From positions 31 to 64,030 of the forward strand of contig DASZRG010000039.1 in assembly GCA_035549295.1 (NCBI GenBank): a DNA stretch of 64,000 nt, written 5' to 3'. Below the pieces are notes generated by a model that worked only from the letters and a program-made list of their open reading frames with translations, did no database searches and was not told where the DNA came from. Shown here piece by piece: positions 54,674-63,652 of the stretch. Position numbers and translations under genes: made by a program. Source of the stretch: Patescibacteria group bacterium. GTDB taxonomy: Bacteria > Patescibacteriota > Microgenomatia > Levybacterales > GWA1-39-11. Position 1 is the stretch's first letter, and the number at the start of each line of letters is the position of its first letter.

Positions 54674-55429
54674 CTAAACAAATCTAGTGACTGTAAAAAT
54701 AAAGATAACTCCAAGAATTGTAAGTCCAATCATTTTGTAAGAGCTATGTTCAGAATGGGCCTCTGGAAGCAGATCGCTTGCTCCAATATAAAGTAAAAAT
54801 CCTGCGAAGAACCCAAGATACGAAACAAGCCATGCCTCAGGAATTTTAAACACAAATGTCGATAAAACTCCAAGGATTGGTGTTACTGCGTCCAGTAGCA
54901 AAAACTTAATAGCACGCTTATTACTGTTTTTGTTGGTTAAAAGAAGTGTGACCGTATTTAGTCCATCTGAAAAATCATGAGCGATAACTGCAAAAGCGAT
55001 TAGCAAACCCACATGAGGATTCACCTGAAATCCAAGCCCAATTCCGACGCCATCAAGAAAACTATGAAAAGATAGGCCAGATGCCCCTAGAATGCCGATT
55101 GATGGGTGTTTATGGCTTGCGTACTCATCTTCATGCGCATGGTGAATAATGATAGTCTTCTCAAGAACATGGAAGACTAAAAAGCCAATAACTGTCGCGA
55201 TAAGCATTTGAGTTACATCAAGGTGACGCTCAACTACCATTTCAAAAGCCTCAGGCATGATATCAAAAAAGCAGACAGCTAGCAGAACCCCTGCCGTAAA
55301 ACTCATGATATAGTGCAGCTTGCTTTTATTCTTGAGTGCGAACAGTCCACCGGCGGTTGTCGATAAAAACGTAAAAAATGACAATAAAATCGCTTCCATA
55401 TTAATTCTGGCAAGTATTACAGAGGCCAA
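54674..55429 (-). CDS. ZIP family zinc/iron permease (ZupT-like)
   Basis: HSFLDGVGIGLGF, HDFSDGLN and a His-rich loop HHAHEDEYASHKH. Confidence 0.8.
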   Translation of the reverse strand: MASVILARINMEAILLSFFTFLSTTAGGLFALKNKSKLHYIMSFTAGVLLAVCFFDIMPEAFEMVVERHLDVTQMLIATVIGFLVFHVLEKTIIIHHAHEDEYASHKHPSIGILGASGLSFHSFLDGVGIGLGFQVNPHVGLLIAFAVIAHDFSDGLNTVTLLLTNKNSNKRAIKFLLLDAVTPILGVLSTFVFKIPEAWLVSYLGFFAGFLLYIGASDLLPEAHSEHSSYKMIGLTILGVIFIFTVTRFV

Positions 55430-55820
55430 AAAACTCTATATTGTGTTTTTCTATCGTAAATTTAGTATTCGTCTGAATCTTTTCTTCTTGCGTTTTAAAA
55501 ATAAAATCAAAATCATCAAGGTCCTCTACTCGTCCGCAACTCAAACACACTATATGGTGGTGATGGTTTTTTGTTTTTAGCTCATATCTCTTTTTACCAT
55601 CGCCAAACTCTATCTCAATCACAATATTCTGACACTTCAGAAAATCTAGTTCACGATATATGGTTGTTTTATTCGCTGAAAGATCTTTCTTGTAAAGATT
55701 AGTGATGATCTCACTAACAGATAGTGGCTTTTGGGTAGAGTTTAGAATTGAAAGTATCGAATCACGAATCTTGGTAACTCTAAATCCTTTATTTTTGAGA
55801 TCAATGCTGTTTTTATTCAT
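55401..55820 (-). CDS. Fur-family metalloregulator (Zur/Fur-like)
   Basis: RVTKIRDSILSILNSTQKPLSVSEIITNL...TIYRELDFL...HHHHIVCLSCGRVEDLD...CNTCQ. The start is taken at the internal Met (55820) because the upstream palindromic operator would otherwise lie inside the ORF. It overlaps the ZIP gene by 29 nt. Confidence 0.7.
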   Translation of the reverse strand: MNKNSIDLKNKGFRVTKIRDSILSILNSTQKPLSVSEIITNLYKKDLSANKTTIYRELDFLKCQNIVIEIEFGDGKKRYELKTKNHHHHIVCLSCGRVEDLDDFDFIFKTQEEKIQTNTKFTIEKHNIEFFGLCNTCQN

Positions 55821-55821
55821 T

Positions 55822-55862
55822 TTGCAACTTGGTTGCATTTAGTATATGCAACTCAGTTGCAC
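55822..55862. promoter_or_regulatory. two tandem 7-3-7 palindromes (TTGCAAC ttg GTTGCA / ATGCAAC tca GTTGCA), candidate Fur-family operator
   Basis: They lie directly upstream of the inferred start of the Fur-family gene in the fur-ZIP-yibEF operon. Confidence 0.4.
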
Positions 55863-55986
55863 TTGTCAACCCGCAATTCATAATGGCGCCTTGAGTTCGA
55901 GTATGAAAATAGTTAAAATATACAATCAAGCTTTTTAGAAGTTTGGTTAGTTTGTTGTTTTCGTTAATTTGTTAATTGTCGGACTA

Positions 55987-56058
55987 CGGGGTGTAGTTCA
56001 TCGGTAGAACGCTCGCTTTGGGAGCGAGAAGTAGCAGGTCCAATTCCTGTCACCCCGA
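55987..56058 (+). tRNA. tRNA-Pro (anticodon TGG)
   Basis: The acceptor is CGGGGTG/CACCCCG. The D-arm is GTTC-ATCGGTA-GAAC. The anticodon arm is CTCGC-TTTGGGA-GCGAG. The T-arm is GCAGG-TCCAATT-CCTGT. The discriminator is A. Confidence 0.75.
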
Positions 56059-56082
56059 CAAACAAGTTCAAGATGATAGTTT

Positions 56083-56640
56083 TTATACCTCTTCCGATCT
56101 TCGAGGAATAAACCTTGATAGAATCAATCCGTTTTGTCCAGCCTGCATGCTAAGATTACTCACCCTTGGCAATCCAAATCTAACGGGCGCCACGTAACCC
56201 TCGCCCTCCCAAAAGCTTTGTAAAATTCCCATACCGTAAGTGACGTTGTAAGAAACAACGTCTTCTGGTTGATATCGATCTGATTTTAAGTCTAGTGCTA
56301 ACTGTTCATTCGGCGCAAGACAAACAATTTCTAACTCCCCAGCTTCAGCATCTATGCTGAATCTTTCTGGATCATATTCACGTCTAGTAACCGGGGCATT
56401 CAATCCCACTTCTATAATAAGGTTTGGAAAAGTTGTCGAACCCAAAAAAGTTCTTGGATTTTTGCCATCATCCTTTTCAGAGGCAACTTTAAAATCTTTA
56501 AAACCAAAATAATGAGCTTTCACATTCGGTACCTTGGGAATCATAGGCTCTTTTACTCCCAAGCCGTCAGGTCCTGGAAATCCGTTATACTCAACGACTA
56601 ATTCTTTTTCCGGTGCAAAAGACTCTGTTTCAGTTGCCAT
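56083..56640 (-). CDS. hypothetical protein
   Basis: 185-aa ORF lying between tRNA-Pro and tRNA-Gly. No recognised motif. Confidence 0.35.
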   Translation of the reverse strand: MATETESFAPEKELVVEYNGFPGPDGLGVKEPMIPKVPNVKAHYFGFKDFKVASEKDDGKNPRTFLGSTTFPNLIIEVGLNAPVTRREYDPERFSIDAEAGELEIVCLAPNEQLALDLKSDRYQPEDVVSYNVTYGMGILQSFWEGEGYVAPVRFGLPRVSNLSMQAGQNGLILSRFIPRRSEEV

Positions 56641-56740
56641 AGAGTGTATCTTAATAGCTTGCAGGAATCATGTCAAATAAGACGAGGAGCGGGCAGCCCA
56701 CCTTTGGTGTCTAGCTTCGCTCAAATTTTTGAACAATTTG

Positions 56741-56812
56741 AGCGGGATACCGGATTCGAACCGGTGACCTCCTCCTTGGAAGGGAGGCATTCTACCACTG
56801 AACTAATCCCGC
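56741..56812 (-). tRNA. tRNA-Gly (anticodon TCC)
   Basis: Reverse complement GCGGGAU-UA-GUUC-AGUGGUA-GAAU-G-CCUCC-CUUCCAA-GGAGG-AGGUC-ACCGG-UUCGAAU-CCGGU-AUCCCGC-U. The discriminator is U, as is typical for tRNA-Gly. Confidence 0.8.
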
Positions 56813-56904
56813 AATAGCATAACATTATATCAGTTAGGAAAGCCCACCTCAAGAAACTCAAACAATTCAGATTATTTGCTTATTAAGTTTGCTATACTTT
56901 TTCC

Positions 56905-58020
56905 ATGGGGAAGGAGTTTAAGAATTTATTTCTCTTCTATACTTCTTATCAGTGGTTTAACAGGATTAGCACTGCTATTCTGCCTACTATATTTCTGGCC
57001 TCAAATCTTACACTTCAAGAAATGGTCTTTGGTATTGCGCTCTGCTTTACTGCTCAGTCCCTCTTGCTTCTATTTGTTAGAAAGCTTTCTTCAAAACTAT
57101 CTTGGAAGATTGCCCTTATTTGTGTTGCTATATATATCTGTCTAATTATATCCATCAAGTCGCCGCTTCAATTCTATCTGGGCTCATCTATAAATGGCTT
57201 TGCGTTGTTTTTCTTTTTTGTTGTCTACAACATTGCTCATTTTGCAAATACGCCAAAACGCAAGCGCGGTCACAGCTCAGCCCTTATGTTTGCAATTCCA
57301 AGCGCAATTGGTGTAGTCGCGCCAATTATTGCAGGGTTTTTCGCGCAACTTAACGTCACTTATCTCTGGGCCATTTCTTTAGCATCCTTCATCCTTTCCT
57401 TCTCGTTTATAAACAGACAAGAAGATTTTAAGGTCAATATTGATATTAGAAAATCTCTCAACTCTATTGAGGCAACTAGGGCTCTAATTTTCATAGAAGG
57501 CGTATGGGAAGCTTTAATATTCGCAGTGATACCCATTTACACACTGTATTTTATCCAAAAACCCCTTAACTACGGAGTCTTTGCTTCATACCTCGCTGTG
57601 CTCAGCGTTATCGCAAACCTAACACTTGGAAGATTGACGGACAAGCTTCAGAAAAGAAGTGTCTTCTTATTTCCTCTGACAATCATCATGGGAGTGGCAA
57701 CCACACTCTTCGCTGTATTTCCACAAAACCTAACCTATTGGATAATAATGACTGGTGTTATTCAATTTCTGCTTCCTCTTTTCTGGAATCTTACCATGGC
57801 TATGGTTGTCGATTCTCACGCAAATCTTAAATTAGCCATTCCGGGACGTGAAATTTTACTTGCAGCGGGGAGAACACTAGGCGCAAGTTTTGTAATAGTG
57901 AGTCTTTGTCTTGAACCCTACCCTCACTACATTTTTATACTACTCGGTATTATCATGTTCGCATTCACAGGAGTTCTGTATTACAACAAGCACCTCACAA
58001 AACGCCACAGCTACCTTTAA
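56905..58020 (+). CDS. MFS transporter
   Basis: 371 aa with ~12 TM helices in a 6+6 arrangement. Confidence 0.55.
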   Translation: MGKEFKNLFLFYTSYQWFNRISTAILPTIFLASNLTLQEMVFGIALCFTAQSLLLLFVRKLSSKLSWKIALICVAIYICLIISIKSPLQFYLGSSINGFALFFFFVVYNIAHFANTPKRKRGHSSALMFAIPSAIGVVAPIIAGFFAQLNVTYLWAISLASFILSFSFINRQEDFKVNIDIRKSLNSIEATRALIFIEGVWEALIFAVIPIYTLYFIQKPLNYGVFASYLAVLSVIANLTLGRLTDKLQKRSVFLFPLTIIMGVATTLFAVFPQNLTYWIIMTGVIQFLLPLFWNLTMAMVVDSHANLKLAIPGREILLAAGRTLGASFVIVSLCLEPYPHYIFILLGIIMFAFTGVLYYNKHLTKRHSYL

Positions 58021-58154
58021 TAATCAGTAACCAAATTCCAATTAACAAACCAATTTTTAAAATCAAAACTGAAAAAACGATTTCTTAATTTAGAATTGAA
58101 AATTTGTTAATTGGTTTGATCAATTGGTAACAGGATATTGGTAAATTCTAGCTA

Positions 58155-58331
58155 CTAAATTCCGAGTGCTCCTGTCACGAGGAAATGATAGAGGATGTAA
58201 GCAATTGCTATCAGAACTACAGCTATCAATATGGGGCGAATAAAGTCGACGAGATATGTGAAAGCCATAAAAAGAAGGCTTATTATGACAATAATAACTA
58301 TTACTCTCAATAAATTCGGATCAATGATCAT
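58155..58331 (-). CDS. small hydrophobic membrane protein (58 aa, below the ORF-track cutoff)
   Basis: Reverse-complement translation MIIDPNLLRVIVIIVIISLLFMAFTYLVDFIRPILIAVVLIAIAYILYHFLVTGALGI*. Confidence 0.25.
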   Translation of the reverse strand: MIIDPNLLRVIVIIVIISLLFMAFTYLVDFIRPILIAVVLIAIAYILYHFLVTGALGI

Positions 58332-58374
58332 TGGTATTATTTAACACAAATTTACAAACTAATGTCAACTGGGG

Positions 58375-58440
58375 TTAGCATTTAGGTTTTAGCTCTTGGT
58401 TCAATTTCTAACACCTAACCCCCAAAACCCAACGCCAAAA
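58375..58440. repeat. same element, copy E (upstream of gdhA)
   Basis: ttagcatttaggttttagctcttggttcaatttctaacacctaacccccaaaacccaacgccaaaa. Confidence 0.5.
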
Positions 58441-58459
58441 TTTCGCTCCGGTTTTCCCC

Positions 58460-59779
58460 TTGCATCTTGTCTCCAATCATTCTAAAATATTTTGTTCAAT
58501 GGATAAAAATTCACTTTACAACGCAAGCGCGGACCAAATCAGAGAAATAGCAAAAAAATTTAAACTCCCCAAAGACAAGGTCGATAACTTCTTAAAACAC
58601 GAAAGGATAGTCGAACTCAATATTCCTTTTACTAATGCTTTGGGAAAAACGGAAAAGATCCCAGGATACAGAATACAGCACAATAGTAAGCTTGGCCCAT
58701 ACAAGGGGGGCATCAGATTTCATCAAAATGTCACTCGCGATGAAGTTATGGCGCTTTCTCTCTGGATGAGTCTCAAATGTGCGGTTGTAAATATCCCCTT
58801 CGGCGGTGGAAAAGGTGGGGTCACAATCGACCCAAAAAGTCTTTCAGAGGAAGAGCTCGAAACTCTTTCACGTGCTTATTCAAGAGCAATTTATGACATC
58901 ATAGGTCCTGACATAGACGTTCCAGCACCTGATGTTAACACTAACGCGAAGATCATAAATTGGATGACAGATGAGTACATAAAAATCGCAAAGAAGAGAA
59001 AAGAATACACCTCCAAAAGTATAGGGACATTTACTGGAAAGCCTGTTAAAAAAGGTGGTCTTGAAGCTCGCGAAGAAGCAACTGGTTTTGGTGGCGCTGT
59101 AATTCTTGATCACCTTGCAAAACAACTCAAACTAAAACCCGAAAAGACAACAATTGCTGTTCAGGGTTTTGGGAATGTCGGGTATTTCTTCGCCCATCAT
59201 GCAGCTGCACGTGGCTTTTTAGTTACCGCACTTTCTGATTCAAAGGGAGGTATCACCAAAAAAGGCACAACTGCAACAGTTTCGCTTGATATAGAAAAGG
59301 TGATGGAATGCAAAAATGAACAAGGATATCTCGCTGGTTGCTACTGCGTCGGCGGCGTTTGCGATATAAGCGAGGGGCGCGTGATAACCAACGAAGAATT
59401 ACTAGCACTTCCAGTTGATGTACTCGTCCCGTCAGCACTTGAAAATGTGATTAATAAAGACAACATGAAAAATATAAAAGCCAAAATTATCATAGAGATG
59501 GCAAATGGTCCCGTTACACCTGAGGCTTATGACTATCTCACCAAAAAAGGAGTAATCATAGTTCCTGATATTCTTGCAAATGCCGGTGGAGTCACAGGAT
59601 CATGGATCGAATGGAAGCAAAACGTAGAGACTAAAAACTACACCAAAAAACAAGGACTCGATCTTCTTGATAAAAAAATGGAGACAGCATTTTCTGAGAT
59701 CTGGTCAACAATGAAGAAAAACAAAAGCACAATGCGCGAGGCAGCACTTCTTGTTGCACTTGCTCGCTTGATGGACTAA
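58460..59779 (+). CDS. gdhA: Glu/Leu/Phe/Val-family dehydrogenase (glutamate dehydrogenase)
   Basis: KGGIRFHQNVTRDEVMALSLWMSLKCAVVNIPFGGGKGGV and GFGNVG. The start may be the internal Met at 58499. Confidence 0.85.
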   Translation: MHLVSNHSKIFCSMDKNSLYNASADQIREIAKKFKLPKDKVDNFLKHERIVELNIPFTNALGKTEKIPGYRIQHNSKLGPYKGGIRFHQNVTRDEVMALSLWMSLKCAVVNIPFGGGKGGVTIDPKSLSEEELETLSRAYSRAIYDIIGPDIDVPAPDVNTNAKIINWMTDEYIKIAKKRKEYTSKSIGTFTGKPVKKGGLEAREEATGFGGAVILDHLAKQLKLKPEKTTIAVQGFGNVGYFFAHHAAARGFLVTALSDSKGGITKKGTTATVSLDIEKVMECKNEQGYLAGCYCVGGVCDISEGRVITNEELLALPVDVLVPSALENVINKDNMKNIKAKIIIEMANGPVTPEAYDYLTKKGVIIVPDILANAGGVTGSWIEWKQNVETKNYTKKQGLDLLDKKMETAFSEIWSTMKKNKSTMREAALLVALARLMD

Positions 59780-59788
59780 CATACGTCT

Positions 59789-60985
59789 ATGGGCGTCAAC
59801 GAAGACTCGGTCAAACTCCACCAGAAACTCCACGGAAAACTCTCTGTAAAGCCGAAGATAAAAGTTAAGACAAGAGAAGATCTTTCACTTGCCTACACTC
59901 CCGGTGTCGCTGAGGTCTGTCGAGAAATTAAAAATGACCCTGATCAAGTTTATGAACTTACAATCAAACGAAATTCGGTCGCCGTCGTATCTGACGGGTC
60001 GGCTGTACTTGGCTTGGGAAATATAGGTGCAAGTGCAGCAATTCCGGTTATGGAAGGGAAAGCACTACTTTTCAAAGAATATGCGGATATTGACGCATTT
60101 CCTATTACTGTCGAAACTCAAAGCGCATTTGAAATAATCAGTCTTGTCAAAAATATTGCTCCAGTTTTTGGAGGGATAAATCTTGAGGACATCTCAGCTC
60201 CAAGGTGTTTTGAAATAGAACAAGCTCTTCAAGATATTGGTATTCCGGTATTCCATGATGACCAACACGGTACGGCGATTGTCATCCTCGCAGCACTTAT
60301 CAATGCCTGCAAACTTACAGACAAAAAACTTACAGATTTAAAAGTAGTTATACTGGGAGCAGGAGCGGCAGGCACAGCAATCGCGAATCTCCTACTCTGC
60401 GTTGGGCAGGATAAAAAAGTGTGCGAACCAGTTCGCGAAGTTATAGTGGTCGATTCCAAAGGGATTATCAATCGTAGTCGTCCAGACCTTCTGAATAATT
60501 CATCAAAAATGAGACTTGCTGGAATTACCAACAGGCAAGATACCACAGGATCACTTGAAAACGCAATAGTTGGTGCTGATGTATTTATTGGAGTCTCATC
60601 TGGTGGTAAATTACCAGGTAGGCTTATCAAGAAAATGGCAGAAAAGCCAGTTATTCTAGCGATGGCCAACCCAACACCGGAAATAATGCCGGATGAGGCC
60701 CTCAAAAATGGCGCTTATATCGTTGGGACAGGCCGATCTGACCTACCTAATCAGGTTAACAATGTTCTCGCATTTCCAGGGGTTTTTCGAGGCGCTCTTG
60801 ATGCCCGGGCCAAAATTATAACGAGTGGGATGAAGATAGCAGCGGCGTTTGCTCTAGCCAAATCAACCAAAAATTTATCGATTAATAATATCCTACCCTC
60901 TCCTCTCGATAAATCAGTACCAAAGCAGATAGCAAAAGCTGTTCAGAAGACCTACTTGACCGAACAAAAACTCTACAACCTCTAG
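59789..60985 (+). CDS. NAD(P)-dependent malic enzyme (short form)
   Basis: LSLAYTPGVAEVC, VVSDGSAVLGLGNIGA, FHDDQHGTAIV and ILGAGAAGTAI. Confidence 0.8.
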   Translation: MGVNEDSVKLHQKLHGKLSVKPKIKVKTREDLSLAYTPGVAEVCREIKNDPDQVYELTIKRNSVAVVSDGSAVLGLGNIGASAAIPVMEGKALLFKEYADIDAFPITVETQSAFEIISLVKNIAPVFGGINLEDISAPRCFEIEQALQDIGIPVFHDDQHGTAIVILAALINACKLTDKKLTDLKVVILGAGAAGTAIANLLLCVGQDKKVCEPVREVIVVDSKGIINRSRPDLLNNSSKMRLAGITNRQDTTGSLENAIVGADVFIGVSSGGKLPGRLIKKMAEKPVILAMANPTPEIMPDEALKNGAYIVGTGRSDLPNQVNNVLAFPGVFRGALDARAKIITSGMKIAAAFALAKSTKNLSINNILPSPLDKSVPKQIAKAVQKTYLTEQKLYNL

Positions 60986-61701
60986 AATCTGACAACGACT
61001 GCTGTTGCGTCATCGTTTGAAAATCCAAATTCAGCTGCTTCTTTCTCCGATCGTGTGGCGGGCTGAATACTACCCAGACCAATGCCAATTCTTCTTCTGG
61101 CAGCATTTACAATAGCGGCTGCGGGATCATCTTCGATCATGCATCTCTCTATTTCTTCTTGAGTTAAATTTCGCCAAATCCCATCTGTAACTAGCACAAG
61201 GCGATCCGCAGGTTTTATATCCAAATGATTAAACTTGGGCTGTAATTGTGCTTCATGACTTCCCAACACGGGTCCAGCTGAGCTATCAATGGCTTCAAAA
61301 AAACATCCGTCAGACAGTAGATACGCTCGGGCATCTCCAACATTTGCCAAATACACATCATTACATGCACTTGACGGGTGGGCGCTGTTGGGTTTTTGCA
61401 CTAGCGCAATCAGACCAGTTGACTCGCCACCCTCGGATAATTTTGAAACTATTGTAGATACTTTATTTAGAACACCTTTAAGACTGTCACGCTCCGAAGT
61501 ATTGAATAGTCCGACAAAACTATCTGCAGCAACATTCGCTGCAAGTCGACCCTCACCATCTCCTCGTCTTCCATCAAATACTCCATATATTCCCAAAAGT
61601 CGCGCGTCAATAAATCTATCTGCGTTTGTCTCTGGACCATTTCTACCCATACTACTCGCCCAAGAATTTATTTCAGGAAGTCTCTCCAATCTTTCTCTCA
61701 T
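60982..61701 (-). CDS. PP2C-family Ser/Thr protein phosphatase
   Basis: GVFDGRRGDGEGRLAANVAADSF (GVFDGHGG-like) and LVLVTDGIW (DG metal-binding motif). Confidence 0.55.
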   Translation of the reverse strand: MRERLERLPEINSWASSMGRNGPETNADRFIDARLLGIYGVFDGRRGDGEGRLAANVAADSFVGLFNTSERDSLKGVLNKVSTIVSKLSEGGESTGLIALVQKPNSAHPSSACNDVYLANVGDARAYLLSDGCFFEAIDSSAGPVLGSHEAQLQPKFNHLDIKPADRLVLVTDGIWRNLTQEEIERCMIEDDPAAAIVNAARRRIGIGLGSIQPATRSEKEAAEFGFSNDDATAVVVRF

Positions 61702-61739
61702 AGATATTAAGCAAGTAAAACTTTAAGGTACTAAGAGGA

Positions 61740-62261
61740 TTATATCTCAAAGACAGTAAGTTGGGAGTGACCATCGTAAACAATTCTTCTATGATTCATT
61801 TTTCTCCTCATAAACATTCTTTCGTAGTTTGATCGATGCCCCGGATTATTTGAACCGCGTTCTTCATAAGTAAATATATCATCACCCTCCACCGACTGCA
61901 GGCTTACTGATTCCGCTCCGGCCCTGACTACTCCAGGATTGTCCATTACGAAATTATGCTGCGCAATATCTACATTTCTCCCAACAGTTAGACCATACTG
62001 AGTATTACCACCAGCGTATTGAAGAACATAGAATTTACCATCAGTTGATATTCTCTCGACATACTCTTGCCCAGCGAACCTTCCTTTATGCTCCGTAGAA
62101 ACATCGACGTATCTCATTCCAGACTTTTCGTATTTAAATCCGTACTCATTAGCCTTTCCGGTCGGATAATTTGGTTCTCCACCAATCTTATAGCTCTTTC
62201 GTCTTGATTCGGCAACGAATTCTTGCACATCCTCTGGTACAGCTCTCAAAAGTTCACTCAT
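61740..62261 (-). CDS. hypothetical protein
   Basis: 173-aa ORF with GC somewhat above the window background and no recognised motif. Confidence 0.3.
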   Translation of the reverse strand: MSELLRAVPEDVQEFVAESRRKSYKIGGEPNYPTGKANEYGFKYEKSGMRYVDVSTEHKGRFAGQEYVERISTDGKFYVLQYAGGNTQYGLTVGRNVDIAQHNFVMDNPGVVRAGAESVSLQSVEGDDIFTYEERGSNNPGHRSNYERMFMRRKMNHRRIVYDGHSQLTVFEI

Positions 62262-62558
62262 TCCGGAATATTATCAAACAACTATTCTTAAGTCAATGCT
62301 ATAGGCCTCTATATTTTTGGTAATAGCCTAAAGCCATAGTCTCCCTCTCCTTATTTATTGTAATGACTTAAACATTGATTTCCTTCTCCCTGGAGGGGAG
62401 AAGGTTAGGATGAGGGTGGGCGAAAATACAATGCAAATTAGGGAGAGGATTTGATGAGGTAAGAATAACTTTCGAAGCTAATACTGGCAAGGACGGACCC
62501 TACCACAGATGGGCGGTAGTTTTACTATCCTATAGCGGTTTGGTATAATTCATGCCAT

Positions 62559-63233
62559 ATGGGTTGCGAACAGGAAGCATTTACATCGATTGCCAGTGGT
62601 CTACAGAGTCCTGGAGTCAAAGAGGCATTTTCTTCGGCTGCCGCAGGCAAAGGCGAGATAAATCTACCTCAGGAGCTGAGGGTTATTAATAGATGCTTTG
62701 AAAAGGTAAATGTGATGCTCGCAAGCACAGATCCTATTCACCGCGATTTTGCCGGAGTTAGAGACACAAAAATCTTGCTGCAGATAAACAATACTACCCC
62801 GGCCATACTCCCCAACCCATTTGCTGGAACTGATTCAAGAAGAACTTGGATTCTAAACTGGTCCGAAACTCTTAATGAAACTATCAAGACAGGTAATGAA
62901 GAAATTAAGCCAGCTGGGACGGTATACATGGATCCTTCTGAAATAAATGGCGGAAATCCACTGAGCGTATTTGAGTGGTATCTCTACGATGGTGCGGCTC
63001 GCATGGTCGCAATTCACTTAGGCTTCCAAAATAAAGATCAAGAGCAAGAAAATGCAGGAGACTCAATCGCATGCGCACTTACTGAGGCGGCTGTAGTCCT
63101 GGCAGAAGAGGGGGATTCAGAAGCACGCGATGTAGTCAAAAACATGCTTGATATGAAATTTATTGTTCACGATTGGGCTTTCGCCCATGAACTAGTTGTG
63201 CGCGCTGAAAAAGTTGCTAATAGTCAAACCTAA
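62559..63233 (+). CDS. hypothetical protein
   Basis: 224-aa ORF preceded by TTTACT-17-TATAAT promoter-like elements. Confidence 0.3.
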   Translation: MGCEQEAFTSIASGLQSPGVKEAFSSAAAGKGEINLPQELRVINRCFEKVNVMLASTDPIHRDFAGVRDTKILLQINNTTPAILPNPFAGTDSRRTWILNWSETLNETIKTGNEEIKPAGTVYMDPSEINGGNPLSVFEWYLYDGAARMVAIHLGFQNKDQEQENAGDSIACALTEAAVVLAEEGDSEARDVVKNMLDMKFIVHDWAFAHELVVRAEKVANSQT

Positions 63234-63651
63234 AGTTTTCCAGAAGTGTTCTTCCGTCATTTGAGAGATTGAGTTCCAAAGCTTGATCTTTACTCATCCA
63301 CTTATATTCATCGTGTTCCCAATTGAGCACCACTTCTTCGGAATCAACTTTACATCTGTAACCAACAATTAAAACGAAGTCATTATCCCGGTTTGTGTAT
63401 GTGTGTAGAAAATATGGAGACAGGTCAGCGACAGAAAGCTGAGTCTCCTCTTCTATTTCACGCTTCACAGCCGCATATGGCTCTTCGCCGTTTTCAAGAG
63501 ATCCACCAGGTAGTGACCATTTGCCTGCCCCACCCACTTTATCTGATCTCAAAAGAACCAAGATTTGGTTTTTACTGTTTAGAATTATCGCCTTTTGCCC
63601 TATGAGTGCGAAGTCTTTTTTGTGGACATGATTTGGATCATAGTCATTCAT
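63217..63651 (-). CDS. NUDIX hydrolase
   Basis: Nudix box GGSLENGEEPYAAVKREIEEETQL. The start is taken at the internal Met (63651), 2 nt after the upstream stop. Confidence 0.65.
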   Translation of the reverse strand: MNDYDPNHVHKKDFALIGQKAIILNSKNQILVLLRSDKVGGAGKWSLPGGSLENGEEPYAAVKREIEEETQLSVADLSPYFLHTYTNRDNDFVLIVGYRCKVDSEEVVLNWEHDEYKWMSKDQALELNLSNDGRTLLENFRFDY

Positions 63652-63652
63652 T

